Program-made: the position numbers and the translations under genes | Notes under the pieces: generated by a model | What the model was told of the DNA's origin: nothing | The model's input: the letters and a program-made list of their open reading frames with translations, nothing else | Databases searched by the model: none | Shown here: piece by piece, positions 1 to 9,438 of the stretch | Position numbering within the stretch: position 1 is the stretch's first letter | How the letters are laid out: each line of letters starts with the position of its first letter | DNA from: an uncultured Actinomycetota bacterium | GTDB taxonomy: Bacteria > Actinomycetota > Actinomycetes > UBA12327 | Assembly: GCA_963850215.1 (NCBI GenBank) | Contig: CAWKKI010000011.1 | Location: forward strand, 219,776-283,775 | Direction: 5' to 3' | Length of the DNA stretch: 64,000 nt

Positions 1-305
1 CGATTGCATGGGCGAAGCGTGAGGGACTTGTCACACCGGAACGAACGCCACTGACTGGCTCCGTCTGCGCGGTGAGCGTCGGCATCATCGACGGCGAACC
101 GCGCCTGGACCTGCACTACGACGACGACGTGCGCGCCGAGACGGACATGAACGTCGTCATGACGGGCACGGGAGACTTCGTCGAGGTCCAGGGGACCGCT
201 GAGGGTGCGCCGTTCTCTCGCACGGAGCTGACGTCGCTGCTCGACCTCGCCGCGACTGGGTGTGAGCGGCTCACTGTCATGCAGCGCGAGGCACTGGCGT
301 CGTGA
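1..305 (+). CDS. rph: Ribonuclease PH, C-terminal part (5' end lies outside the window)
   Basis: Frame 3 is open from base 3. The translation [71 protein letters not shown] is the conserved C-terminal half of RNase PH. The stop at 303-305 overlaps the next start (GTGA). Confidence 0.85.
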   Translation, partial: IAWAKREGLVTPERTPLTGSVCAVSVGIIDGEPRLDLHYDDDVRAETDMNVVMTGTGDFVEVQGTAEGAPFSRTELTSLLDLAATGCERLTVMQREALAS

Positions 306-931
306 CTCGCGGCGCGTCCGGTGGGCTGCGGATTGCGGTCGCCTCGCGCAACGCGCACAAGATTGCCGAGATTGAACGGATCCTGCAGGCGACCGGTGTT
401 GCGGTCGAGTTGTCGTCGGCCGACGAGGCCGCACCTGGTCTGGGAGAGATCCCGGAGACCGGCCGCACCTTTGAGGACAACGCGCTGATCAAGGCCCGTG
501 CCGTCTCGGCTGCTTCTGGGTTACCCGCGATCGCCGACGACTCGGGCCTCGCGGTCGATGAGCTCAACGGAATGCCGGGAGTACTCAGCGCGCGCTGGTG
601 CGGACACCACGACGACGACATCGCCAACCTTGAACTAGTTCTTGCGCAGATCGCTGACACCCCGGACGAGCGCCGAGGCGCACAGTTCGTGTGTGCGGCT
701 GTATTGGTGCGGCCCGACGGCGCGTGGTTCTCCGAACGCGGCGTCATCGAGGGATCGTTGGTCCGCGAACCACGCGGGACCAACGGATTCGGCTACGACC
801 CGATCTTCGTTCCGAACGGCGAGTCACGAACGACGGCCGAGATGACGTCGGACGAGAAGGATGCAATCAGCCACCGGGGCCGTGCGTTTCGCGCATTGGC
901 GGCACGGCTGCCGGATCTGCTCGACGAGTGA
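302..931 (+). CDS. rdgB: RdgB/HAM1 non-canonical purine NTP pyrophosphatase
   Basis: 209 aa with [21 protein letters not shown] and SHRGRA blocks. The rph-rdgB pairing with a 4-nt overlap is typical for actinobacteria. Confidence 0.9.
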   Translation: MTRGASGGLRIAVASRNAHKIAEIERILQATGVAVELSSADEAAPGLGEIPETGRTFEDNALIKARAVSAASGLPAIADDSGLAVDELNGMPGVLSARWCGHHDDDIANLELVLAQIADTPDERRGAQFVCAAVLVRPDGAWFSERGVIEGSLVREPRGTNGFGYDPIFVPNGESRTTAEMTSDEKDAISHRGRAFRALAARLPDLLDE

Positions 932-932
932 A

Positions 933-2582
933 TCAGCCGCCTGCAACATCCCTCTGGGTGAAGATCGCGGCTCCCGCTGCTGCACACGCCAGCCCGATCA
1001 GCACCATCACGACCGCGGCCCACCAGTTCACCGGAGCGGCCGGATAGGCCGCCATGTGGTGAAAGACCGAGGTGTCGACCAGCCAGTGGCTCTCATGCTC
1101 GAAGCCGCTGAGCACGGTGACGAGGAATCCCCACGCGAAGACCGCGTAGGCGACGATGGACGCTCGCCGCGGCCAGCCGCCGAAGGCGAGCGCGCCGATA
1201 CCGAAGATGCAGATGGTGGGCGGCGCGACGTTGAGGCCTGCGCCTAGCAGCTGCCACAACGAGACAGCGACTCCGCTGATGAGCGCGCCGATCCACGCGA
1301 ACAGCCCGGCGATCAACGACACCGCGACGATGCAGGCGGCCGCGATGACGACCCGCTGGGCGTACCACTGCCATCTCCCGACCGGACGCACCAATAGCTC
1401 GGCGAGCCGGGTCTCGTTCTCCTCCTCGGCCATTGCGCTGACGTGCGTGACCGCAACGAAGCCGACCACGGCCGCGACGATGAGGAAGGTGAAGCCCAGG
1501 TAGGCGACGGGTCCCTCGCCGGTGACGCCGAGCTTGCCGATCGCCTCCTCGACCGTGGGTGAACTGGTCAGGAGAGTGCCACCCTGCTTGGCGATCAAGC
1601 CGAGCGTCAGAGCAAACGCGGCTACTCCGCCCGCCCATCCGAGCGTCGTCGCTCGTACCTGCCGGAACGAGAAGGCAAAGGTTCCCGACAGCAGCCGGGT
1701 GCGCGCCGTGATCCGCTCGCCGTCATGCAGCAGCGCGGCACCGACGTCACGCTGTCCGGCCAGCACTATGGCTGCGACCCGGGTGCCGGCCGCGAGCAGC
1801 ACGATCGGCACGAAGCCCAGCCAACGAGATCCGGTCAGCGGGTTGAGCGTTTCGATCCAGCCGAGCGGTGAGAGCCAGCGCAACCAGGCCAGGTCGTTGG
1901 AGCTGTCAGCGAGCATGCGGATCGCGTAGGAGACACCGAGCACAGCAGCCGCGATGGCAGCGGCCTGTCGGCGGCTCGGCGAGAGCTGGCTCGTCAGCGA
2001 GCCGATGCCGACCCACATCGCAGGCGCCGCGATGAAGCATAGGGCGAGGTACAGCGCGGCCGAGGTGCCGAAATCGACCTTCGGCGAGCGCCCGATCGCC
2101 ACGAACATGACTGCGCTAACGAGGAAGGTGACCCAGACCCCGGTCGCGAGTCCGAGCAGCGCCAGCACCGTCGCGCGCAGCCGCGTGGTCTGGCCGGCGA
2201 TGAGAAGTTCCCAACGACCTGCGTCCTCTTCGCCGCGCAGCAGTCGGGTCGCCATGAGCAGGCCCCAGACCGCGCCGATGACCATCAAGAACATCAGCGA
2301 CTTCCACACGCCGTAGGCGGCTGGGTTGTCGAGTCCGCGTGCAGGTCCGTTGATGGCCGCGAGACCCGCGTTGGTGCTGAAGAGAGCAGCGATCCGTTCG
2401 CGGTCGGCCTGCGTCGGGTAAGCGGACGAGTAGGCCAGCGTGGAGGAGGCGTAGGTCAGGCCGAATATGACGCCCCACAGCAGGCCCGACCGCATCGCCT
2501 TGCGGCTGGTGCGCCAGCCGATGACCCAACGTGCGCGCGCGACCGGCGTAAAGTGCGGCGCCGCGACGACGGCGGTGCTCAC
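933..2582 (-). CDS. ABC-2 type transporter permease
   Basis: ORF 933..3215 was trimmed to GTG 2582, which forms a GTGA overlap with the stop of the upstream ATPase gene. From there the ~549 aa consist of repeated hydrophobic helices. The discarded 211 N-terminal codons are Arg/Pro/Ala-rich and overlap the ATPase gene. Confidence 0.75.
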   Translation of the reverse strand: MSTAVVAAPHFTPVARARWVIGWRTSRKAMRSGLLWGVIFGLTYASSTLAYSSAYPTQADRERIAALFSTNAGLAAINGPARGLDNPAAYGVWKSLMFLMVIGAVWGLLMATRLLRGEEDAGRWELLIAGQTTRLRATVLALLGLATGVWVTFLVSAVMFVAIGRSPKVDFGTSAALYLALCFIAAPAMWVGIGSLTSQLSPSRRQAAAIAAAVLGVSYAIRMLADSSNDLAWLRWLSPLGWIETLNPLTGSRWLGFVPIVLLAAGTRVAAIVLAGQRDVGAALLHDGERITARTRLLSGTFAFSFRQVRATTLGWAGGVAAFALTLGLIAKQGGTLLTSSPTVEEAIGKLGVTGEGPVAYLGFTFLIVAAVVGFVAVTHVSAMAEEENETRLAELLVRPVGRWQWYAQRVVIAAACIVAVSLIAGLFAWIGALISGVAVSLWQLLGAGLNVAPPTICIFGIGALAFGGWPRRASIVAYAVFAWGFLVTVLSGFEHESHWLVDTSVFHHMAAYPAAPVNWWAAVVMVLIGLACAAAGAAIFTQRDVAGG

Positions 2583-3481
2583 GTCGCGGCCGGTCCCGCG
2601 TCGTTGCCGTAGTGCGCGAGGAAGAGCTCTTCGAGCGACGGCTCGCGACTGATCAGCTCGTGCACTCCCGATGCGGCGAGAACCTTGAGGACGGGCTCGA
2701 CAGATCCCGAGACCTGGCAACGAAGCGTGTGCCCAGTCACGTCGATGGCACTTACGCCAGGCACCTTTGACATGTCGGGCACCGATCCGTCGAAGGTTGC
2801 CTCGATCGTCAGTGCAGACAGGTGGCGCATATCGGCGAGCGTTCCGATGTCGACGAGCCGACCTTCCCGCAGGATCGCTACGCGGTCGCAGAGCGCTTCC
2901 ACCTCGCTGAGGATGTGCGAGGACAAGAAGATGGTCTGGCCGTGCGTGCGGGCTTCGGCCACCGTTTGCCGGAACGTCTGCTCCATCAGCGGGTCGAGAC
3001 CGGCCGTCGGCTCGTCGAGCAGCAGCAGGTCGGCTCGCGTCATGAGCGCCGCGATCAGGCTGACCTTCTGCCGGTTGCCCTTCGAGTACGCGCGCACCTT
3101 CTTGGACGGGTCGAGGGCGAAGGCGTCGATCAGCTCGGCGCGGTACTTCTCGTCGACCTGTCCGTGCACGCGACCGAGCAGGTGCAACGTCTCCATGCCG
3201 GTGAGCTCTGGCCACAGATTTGCCTCGCCTGCGACATAGGCGACCCGCCTGTGCGCCTCGACGGCTTGACGCTGTGAGTCCAGGCCAAAGATCTCGGCGC
3301 TACCGCCCGTGGCGTTGATCAGCCCGAGCAGCAGCCGGATGGTCGTCGTCTTTCCGGCCCCGTTGGGTCCGAGATAGCCGAGCACTTCACCGGGAGCGAC
3401 ATCAAGGTCGAGGTCACGTAGCGCGTAGGCCTGGCCGTAGCGCTTGCTTAGCTTGCGGGTGCGAATTGCAACATCTGCCAT
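2579..3481 (-). CDS. ABC transporter ATP-binding protein
   Basis: Walker A GPNGAGKTT, Walker B LLLLDEPTAGLD and H-loop FLSSHIL are present. ATG 3481 is preferred over GTG 3487 because GAGAGG lies about 6 nt upstream. Confidence 0.9.
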   Translation of the reverse strand: MADVAIRTRKLSKRYGQAYALRDLDLDVAPGEVLGYLGPNGAGKTTTIRLLLGLINATGGSAEIFGLDSQRQAVEAHRRVAYVAGEANLWPELTGMETLHLLGRVHGQVDEKYRAELIDAFALDPSKKVRAYSKGNRQKVSLIAALMTRADLLLLDEPTAGLDPLMEQTFRQTVAEARTHGQTIFLSSHILSEVEALCDRVAILREGRLVDIGTLADMRHLSALTIEATFDGSVPDMSKVPGVSAIDVTGHTLRCQVSGSVEPVLKVLAASGVHELISREPSLEELFLAHYGNDAGPAAT

Positions 3482-3515
3482 GAGCACCTCTCTCGTAGCC
3501 GACGTCGAGGCCAGG

Positions 3516-4550
3516 CTATTGGGGTACGCGGGCAGGGATGGGAGTTGGCGCGCGTTCGGGCAGCGACGGACGCACCACGATCATGATCATGCGCACGGCG
3601 CACAGTGCGAGCAGGCCGAACAACGCCAACACGTAGAGGCTGAAGAACACCCCACCCCACGACAAGTCGAAGCTGAGGAAGTTCATGCCGTCCCACATCA
3701 CGTGCGCGACGATCAACGGGGTGACTCGGCGGGTGCGGCGGTAGATCCAGATGTTGATGGCAGCCCAGATCGCCAAAGCTATGACGCCGGGGCCGTAGTA
3801 GACGTGATAGCTGAGTCGCAGCGCGATGCCGACGGCGAAGATGACCCATACCCGGGTGCCAGCTTGCTCGAGCACTGTCACCACGAGTGCCACGACGACG
3901 AGTTCCTCAACGATGCCGGCCGCAAGTGCGGCCGGTAGGTCGTAGAGCAGATTCCATGCACTCGCCGCGGGGTTAGGGTACGACGCGTTCGGAGTGATGA
4001 GGTGTAGCAGCAGGAACGACACGGCCGTGCCGATCGTGAAGAGCATGAAGACGCCAAGTGCCTGCCAACGGTATGCGGGACGACCCGCGCTCCACCTCGG
4101 CGCTAGTCCGACGTCTTGATACGACAGTCCGCGCAACTTGCTCAGGGCGAGCACAACAACGATGGCGAGGCCTGCCTGAGCAAGTTGGTCGAGGCCACCG
4201 AGCAGGTTGTGCTTGATGGTGACGATCTCGTTGGTATCGGAGTTGCCGAGGATCAACGCGGCCACGACCCCGGTGCCAAAGAAGAGCGCGAAGACCCCGA
4301 GGGCTTCGGTCCATGCCCGTCGTTTGGAGATCGGTCCGGCTGTGGCGCGAGCGAGCTTCGCGACGAACGGGGCAGCGGGGATGAGCGACTGCCACCAGCC
4401 GGACAAGCCACCGCGCCGCAGCGCCTCGTAGTGCCACCAGAACTTCCACCCAGGCGGTGCGGGCGGCCAGGTTGGATCAGGCTGCCATCCCGCGGGAGGC
4501 ACCCACCCCGACGGCGGGTCGGGCCATCCGGGCGGCGATACCCAGCGCAT
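3516..4550 (-). CDS. Polytopic membrane protein, tentatively a CPBP (CAAX/Abi-type) intramembrane protease family member, with an N-terminal Pro/Trp-rich repeat
   Basis: 344 aa. The N-terminus is WVSPPGWPDPPSGWVPPAGWQPDPTWPPAPPGWKFWW. Several TM helices follow. EELVVVAL and HVMWDGMNF resemble CPBP motifs, but the family call is tentative. Confidence 0.6.
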   Translation of the reverse strand: MRWVSPPGWPDPPSGWVPPAGWQPDPTWPPAPPGWKFWWHYEALRRGGLSGWWQSLIPAAPFVAKLARATAGPISKRRAWTEALGVFALFFGTGVVAALILGNSDTNEIVTIKHNLLGGLDQLAQAGLAIVVVLALSKLRGLSYQDVGLAPRWSAGRPAYRWQALGVFMLFTIGTAVSFLLLHLITPNASYPNPAASAWNLLYDLPAALAAGIVEELVVVALVVTVLEQAGTRVWVIFAVGIALRLSYHVYYGPGVIALAIWAAINIWIYRRTRRVTPLIVAHVMWDGMNFLSFDLSWGGVFFSLYVLALFGLLALCAVRMIMIVVRPSLPERAPTPIPARVPQ

Positions 4551-4567
4551 GCGCTTCTCCTGCTCAG

Positions 4568-4641
4568 TAGGGCCGGCGAGAGTCGAACTCGCACTGTCAC
4601 GGACCTAAACCGTGTGCCTCTGCCAGTTGGGCTACGGCCCC
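4568..4641 (-). tRNA. tRNA with anticodon UAG (Leu by the genetic code) but only a 5-nt variable region
   Basis: The reverse complement is GGGGCCG TA GCCC AACTGGCAG AGGC A CACGG TTTAGGT CCGTG ACAGT GCGAG TTCGACT CTCGC CGGCCCT A. This gives a 7-bp acceptor stem (G1-U72), a 5-bp anticodon stem, loop UU-UAG-GU, T-arm GCGAG/CTCGC with TTCGA, and discriminator A. Total length is 74 nt. Confidence 0.8.
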
Positions 4642-4698
4642 TCGCGGCGTCAGCCTAAGCCGTCAACCACTTCTCCGATCGGCACGGCGACGCCTGAT

Positions 4699-4731
4699 GT
4701 TCACCTTTGTTTCTGGTCATGTTTGCTGCCC
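4699..4731 (+). promoter_or_regulatory. Candidate PHO-box-like 11-nt direct repeat units upstream of the pst operon
   Basis: GTTCACCTTTG TTTCTGGTCAT GTTTGCTGCCC lies about 75-105 nt upstream of GTG 4805. The first unit carries the GTTCACC core of actinobacterial PhoP boxes. Units 2 and 3 are weak matches. Confidence 0.2.
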
Positions 4732-4804
4732 TGCACCCCTCGATTAGTCCGGCTTGGCAAAGGTCATCGCGGCAGGGAGCGAGTAACCAGGCGGGGGTGA
4801 GGCA

Positions 4805-5236
4805 GTGCCGCACGCGCGCTTCCTCTTCGTCACAGGTCGCCTCATCGCTGGCGTCCCTTCCCCGCACTGGCCAGTTCTTGGTCGCGCCTTCTCTGGTGCT
4901 CCCGGTTACGACGGCTCGTGGGTTGCCTGGCGCGTATCGGGCACCAACAACCGCGAGCTTGGCCGCAGTGCCGAAGTCTTCGAGGATCTCGTGTCCTGCT
5001 TTGAGTCGGCGCTGTACCTGCAGCAGAACATCGGGCGCACCACTGCGGTCGTGGCTGCAGACCATGGCACCGGTCAATGGGTGTGGCAGTTGGACCTGGA
5101 CGGCAAGGCGATGGCCGTCGCGGGTCGCACGTACCAACGCCACCGCGAGTGCCGGCACAGCTTGGCGCAGTTCAGCGAGATCGTCGCCGACCCCACTGCC
5201 CTAGAGCGCATCGTCACTCGGCCAGGCGTCGCATGA
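4805..5236 (+). CDS. Hypothetical protein with two ~45-aa internal repeats (distantly YegP/DUF1508-like), translationally coupled to pstC
   Basis: GTG 4805 is the only in-frame start. Third-position GC is high. The repeats are WVAWRVSGTNNRELGRSAEVFEDLVSCFESALYLQQNI and WVWQLDLDGKAMAVAGRTYQRHRECRHSLAQFSEIV. An ATGA overlap with pstC lies at 5233-5236. Confidence 0.5.
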   Translation: MPHARFLFVTGRLIAGVPSPHWPVLGRAFSGAPGYDGSWVAWRVSGTNNRELGRSAEVFEDLVSCFESALYLQQNIGRTTAVVAADHGTGQWVWQLDLDGKAMAVAGRTYQRHRECRHSLAQFSEIVADPTALERIVTRPGVA

Positions 5237-6261
5237 CCACAGTCATCGACTCCTTCGTGGACTCGGCCGCCCACTCCACCGAGTCGCGTCGCGTGCTACG
5301 AGCCACACCGGACGCCACCGACAAGATCTTCCGGATGTCGGTGCGCGGCAGCGGCATCATCGTTCTCGCGATCATGACGATGGTCGGCGTCTTCTTGCTC
5401 GTTCGTGCGAGCGAGGCGCTGAAGGTCGCTGGGTGGTCGTTCTTCACGACTCAGAACTGGACTCCCGACGTCGGACACGGGCAGTTCGGCATCGTCGCGA
5501 TCATCACCGGCACGATCGCCATCGCACTCGTCGCGTTGTTCGTCGCCATCCCGCTGGCGATCGGAACCGCGCTCTATATATCGGAGTACGCGCCGCGCAA
5601 GTTCAAGCAGACGTTGGTCAGCCTCGTGGACCTGATGGCCGCTGTACCGAGCATCGTCTACGGCCTCTGGGGCGCGTTCTTCCTGCAGTACCGAATTACA
5701 GGCGTCTCGCGCTGGATCTCTACCTACTTCTCCTGGATCCCGATCTTCAAAGTGCCGGGGTCCGATCCGCACGATCCGGTGTCATCGGCGTCGGCCTACA
5801 CGTCGTCCATCTTCATTGCTGGACTCGTGGTCGGTCTGATGGTGACGCCGATCGCCACGTCGATCATGCGTGAGGCTTTCCGCCAGGCTCCGGTCGGCGA
5901 GCGCGAGGGCGCGTATGCGCTGGGTGCGACGCGGTGGGGCATGATCCGCTCGGTCGTCCTGCCGTTCGGAAAGGGCGGCATGATCGGCGGGCTGATGCTC
6001 GGTCTCGGTCGTGCGCTTGGCGAGACGATCGCGGTCGTCACGATCCTGTCGTTCATCGTGCACGTGCAGCCGCACGTCTTGGCCAACGGCGGTAGCTCGG
6101 TTTCCGCCTTGATCGCAACGACCTTCGGGTCGGCCTCGCACTTCGGCCTCTCCGCGCTAATGGCGGCGGGTCTCGCACTGTTCCTCTTGACGCTTGTTGT
6201 GAACTTCATCGCGTCCTCAATCATCGTGCGCAGCCGTTCGGGCGCAGCGACGGATTCATGA
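5233..6261 (+). CDS. pstC: Phosphate ABC transporter permease PstC
   Basis: ORF 5077..6261 was trimmed to ATG 5233. The 342 aa have about 6 TM helices and the EAA-type loop MREAFRQAPVGEREGAYALGATRWGMIRSVVLPFGKGGMIGG. Confidence 0.9.
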   Translation: MTTVIDSFVDSAAHSTESRRVLRATPDATDKIFRMSVRGSGIIVLAIMTMVGVFLLVRASEALKVAGWSFFTTQNWTPDVGHGQFGIVAIITGTIAIALVALFVAIPLAIGTALYISEYAPRKFKQTLVSLVDLMAAVPSIVYGLWGAFFLQYRITGVSRWISTYFSWIPIFKVPGSDPHDPVSSASAYTSSIFIAGLVVGLMVTPIATSIMREAFRQAPVGEREGAYALGATRWGMIRSVVLPFGKGGMIGGLMLGLGRALGETIAVVTILSFIVHVQPHVLANGGSSVSALIATTFGSASHFGLSALMAAGLALFLLTLVVNFIASSIIVRSRSGAATDS

Positions 6262-7661
6262 TGACCGCCGTGATGACCGCGCCCGCGCGGACCGAAGAGC
6301 ACGGGACCACCGTTGTCGACTTGCCTCCCACGTCGCGTCGACGTGAGGTCAGGCGCAATGGGCGCTCCTACCGTCGCAGCGACGTGCTTGCCATCGTCGG
6401 CGCGGGTGCCGCTGGCCTCAGCACCAGCACGCTGTTGTTCACGACGCTGGCGCCGTTCTCTGGCCCCGTTGCCTTCGTGATCATCACGTTCTTGCTCTTC
6501 ATCGCCTTCTACGCCGTCCTCGTCTCGATCGACGAGGATGGCCCGACAGTGCGCGACCGAGTCGCCATGGTCGTCATGCACGGCCTAGCGTTCATCTTGC
6601 TGTCGGCGCTCTGTTTGATCGTCGGATACACCGCGTTCCGCGCTTGGCGTGCGCTCATCCACTGGAACTTCTACACGCAGGACCTCTCGACAGCGGGACC
6701 GACGACACCCCTGAGTCACGGCGGAATCCTGCACGCGGTCGTCGGGACGCTCGAGATGATCACGATTGCGCTGATCCTCACAGTGCCGTTGGCGATCGCA
6801 TGCGCGGTTTACCTCAACGAAGTACCAGGACGATTCGCACGATTCATTCGCACGATCGTCGAGGCGATGACTGCGTTGCCGTCGATCATCGCTGGCCTCT
6901 TTATCCTGGCGACGTTCATTCTGATTCTCGGCGCACCAAAGTCGGGTCTCGCCGCAGCTCTCGCAATCAGCGTCATGATGCTGCCGATCATCATTCGCGC
7001 GGCCGATGTCGTCTTGCGCCTCGTCCCTGGAAGTCTCAAAGAGGCGTCGTATGCGACCGGCGCCAGTCAATGGCGCACGGTGTGGCACGTCACGTTGCCG
7101 ACGGCGCGCTCGGGCCTGGCGACTGCTGTGATTCTCGGTACTGCGCGCGGTATTGGCGAGACCTCGCCAGTCCTGCTCACCGCGGGTTACACCGGTTCGC
7201 TTGCGGTGAACCCGACGCACGGTCCGCAGGTGTCATTGCCGTTGCTGGCGTATCAGCTGAGCCGGTTCCCGCAGGCAACTCTGATCCAACGCGGCTTCGG
7301 CGCAGCAACCGTGCTGCTTGGACTCGTCTTCGTGCTCTTCATCATCGCTCGATTGATCGGTGGTCGCGGGCCTGACGCGTTGTCGCCGCGGCAGCAGCGG
7401 CGCCGCGCGCGCCAGTCCGCGAGCGACGCATCACGCATCGAGGCGCACGACCGGGAGTTGGTCGGGGTCGGCGCTCCGGTCGCGATCGTCGCGTCGCCGG
7501 TGGTCGAGCACGAACCGGAGTGGTTCACGCCCGTTGATGATGACCAGCCAGGCGCTCCGCCGTGGTTCGCGCCCTTGTCGACCCCACCGCCCCCGCCCCC
7601 GGCTGGCATGTACCCGTTCGGCGCGACTGAGCCATTCAAGAAGCCAAGAGGTGCGGAATGA
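6258..7661 (+). CDS. pstA: Phosphate ABC transporter permease PstA with a long Arg- and Pro-rich C-terminal extension
   Basis: An ATGA overlap with pstC is present. The PstA loop is LKEASYATGASQWRTVWHVTLPTARSGLATAVILGTARGIGETSPVLLTAG. About 105 extra C-terminal residues end in PPWFAPLSTPPPPPPAGMYPFG. Confidence 0.9.
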   Translation: MMTAVMTAPARTEEHGTTVVDLPPTSRRREVRRNGRSYRRSDVLAIVGAGAAGLSTSTLLFTTLAPFSGPVAFVIITFLLFIAFYAVLVSIDEDGPTVRDRVAMVVMHGLAFILLSALCLIVGYTAFRAWRALIHWNFYTQDLSTAGPTTPLSHGGILHAVVGTLEMITIALILTVPLAIACAVYLNEVPGRFARFIRTIVEAMTALPSIIAGLFILATFILILGAPKSGLAAALAISVMMLPIIIRAADVVLRLVPGSLKEASYATGASQWRTVWHVTLPTARSGLATAVILGTARGIGETSPVLLTAGYTGSLAVNPTHGPQVSLPLLAYQLSRFPQATLIQRGFGAATVLLGLVFVLFIIARLIGGRGPDALSPRQQRRRARQSASDASRIEAHDRELVGVGAPVAIVASPVVEHEPEWFTPVDDDQPGAPPWFAPLSTPPPPPPAGMYPFGATEPFKKPRGAE

Positions 7662-9438
7662 CCCGCGCCAGAAAGAACAAGGACTCCGTGCGCAAGCGTT
7701 CTCTTCGTCGTGTTCGCACAATCCAACTTGTCGCTGCGGCAGTGGTGCTCGGCGCGTTGGGCGCCGCGCTGTCCGCGGGAGTGGGCCCAACCTCAGCCCA
7801 AGCTGCCTCATACGTTCCGGTCAGTGGCGCTGGCTCGACCTGGAGCCAGGTGGCGATGGATGCCTGGCGAGTCGACGTCGCGCAGTACGGGATGCGCATC
7901 GACTTCTCCGGTACGGGTTCGTCCGACGGTCGCAACCAGTTCCGCAACGGCACGGTCGACTTCGCGAACTCCGACATTCCTTACGGTCTGAAGGACACGG
8001 GCGTTATCGACCCACCCCCAACCCGCGGCTACGCATACATGCCGATCGTCGCCGGTGGCACCACGTTCATGTACAACCTCGTCATCGGTGGACACCGCGT
8101 CACCAACCTGCGGCTGTCCGGTCAGACGCTGACGAAGATCTTCACCAACAACATCACCAAGTGGAACGACCCAGCGATCGCCGCTGACAACCCTGGCTTA
8201 AGCCTTCCTGCACTGAAGATCGAGGTTGTCGTTCGTTCAGATGGATCTGGTTCAACCGCACAGTTCTCCGATTGGATGGCGTCGCAGTACCCATCCTTGT
8301 GGAACGGCTACTGCAGCAAGGCTGGGCGCCCGTCGCCCTGTGGCACCACGTCGTTCTACCCGACAGTCTCTGGACGAGTTTCACCGCACAGAACGGTGAC
8401 ACGGGCGTGGCCGGGTACGTGCAGCAGTCGCAGAACGTCGGCTCTATCGGCTATGTCGAGTACGCATATGCGATCGCGGCGCGCTTCCCGGTTGCGAAGA
8501 TCCTCAACAAGGCCGGCTACTTCACTGAGCCGACGGCACAGAACGTTGCCGTGTCTCTCCTCAAGGCTTCGATCAACACGGACAAGACGTCGCCCGCGTA
8601 TCTCACTCAGGTCCTGTCCGGCGTTTACAACGACACGGATCCGCGAACTTATCCACTGTCCAGTTACAGCTACATGATCATTCCGACTGCGACAACGTCG
8701 ACGTTCACCGCCGCAAAGGGCTACACGCTCGCCGCCTTCGGCTATTTCTTCTTATGCCAGGGGCAGCAGCAGGTCGACCAGCTTGGCTACTCCGCGCTGC
8801 CGATCAACCTCGTGCAGGCTGGCTTCGCGCAACTCAAGCGGATCCCGGGCGCCGTGGCGCAGACGATCAACATCAAGGGCTGCAACAACCCCACTTTCTC
8901 CAGCAGCGGGGCGAACACGCTTGCCACGACTGCACCGCAGCCAGCCAAGTGCGACAAGCAGAGCAAGTACCAGTGCTCTACGGGCACTGCAGGTGACTTG
9001 AGTCCAACGCCCATCTTGGCTTCGGCGGTGCTCCCGGGCAGTGGCTCGGTGTCGAACGGTGGCACGGGCAACACCTCCGGTACCGGTTCATCAGGAACTA
9101 GCGGGTCGGGGACCAATGGCGCCGGAACAACGGGCGCCGGAACAACGGGCGCCGGAACAACGGGCGCCGGAACGACCGGCGGTACCGGCACGGCAGGAAA
9201 CGGGACAACCGGTGCGGCCGGCACAGGAGGCACGGCAGGTACTACTAACACTGCCGGATCCAACCTCGCCGGGGGAGCCGCGACATCAGACGTGGCGGCA
9301 ATCGCAGTCACCGTTCCTGGCGCAGGCGAGTCGAGCAGTGACATCGCGCTGATTGTTGTGGCCGGACTGCTGCTGCTCGGCATCACGCTGGGACCTCCCG
9401 CGATGTCAGTCGCGATGCAACGAAAGAACAAGGAATGA
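7658..9438 (+). pseudogene. PstS-family phosphate-binding protein, C-terminally membrane-anchored, with its reading frame broken by a 1-nt indel
   Basis: Frame-2 ORF 7658..8677 gives a signal peptide (SAQA/AS) and the PstS N-lobe blocks SGAGSTW, GTGSSDG, VDFANSDIP and VRSDGSGST. Frame-1 ORF 8272..9438 continues with the C-lobe (NGDTGVAGYVQQSQNVGSIGYVEYAYA). A Gly/Thr/Ser linker and a C-terminal TM helix plus QRKNKE follow. The halves join only if one nucleotide is added between 8358 and 8376 (YPTVSG|TSFTAQNGD). Confidence 0.75.
9118..9177 (+). repeat. 15-bp tandem repeat x4 (GGCGCCGGAACAACG) encoding (GAGTT)n in the linker of the PstS-like protein
   Basis: Three DNA-identical copies occupy 9118-9162. 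A fourth copy at 9163-9177 has 2 substitutions. Confidence 0.9.

Noticed and set aside
2583-3215. N-terminal 211 codons of the 760-aa ORF 933..3215, which would make a giant permease overlapping the ABC ATPase gene.
   Set aside because: The extension is Arg/Pro/Ala-rich with no hydrophobic helices and lies antisense-frame-shifted over a well-supported ATPase gene. GTG 2582 gives a clean GTGA coupling, so the extension is a high-GC shadow.
933-4550. ABC-2 exporter plus CPBP/Abi-like protease as a bacteriocin export and immunity locus.
   Set aside because: No precursor-peptide-like small ORF or modification enzyme is present nearby, and the CPBP assignment is itself tentative.
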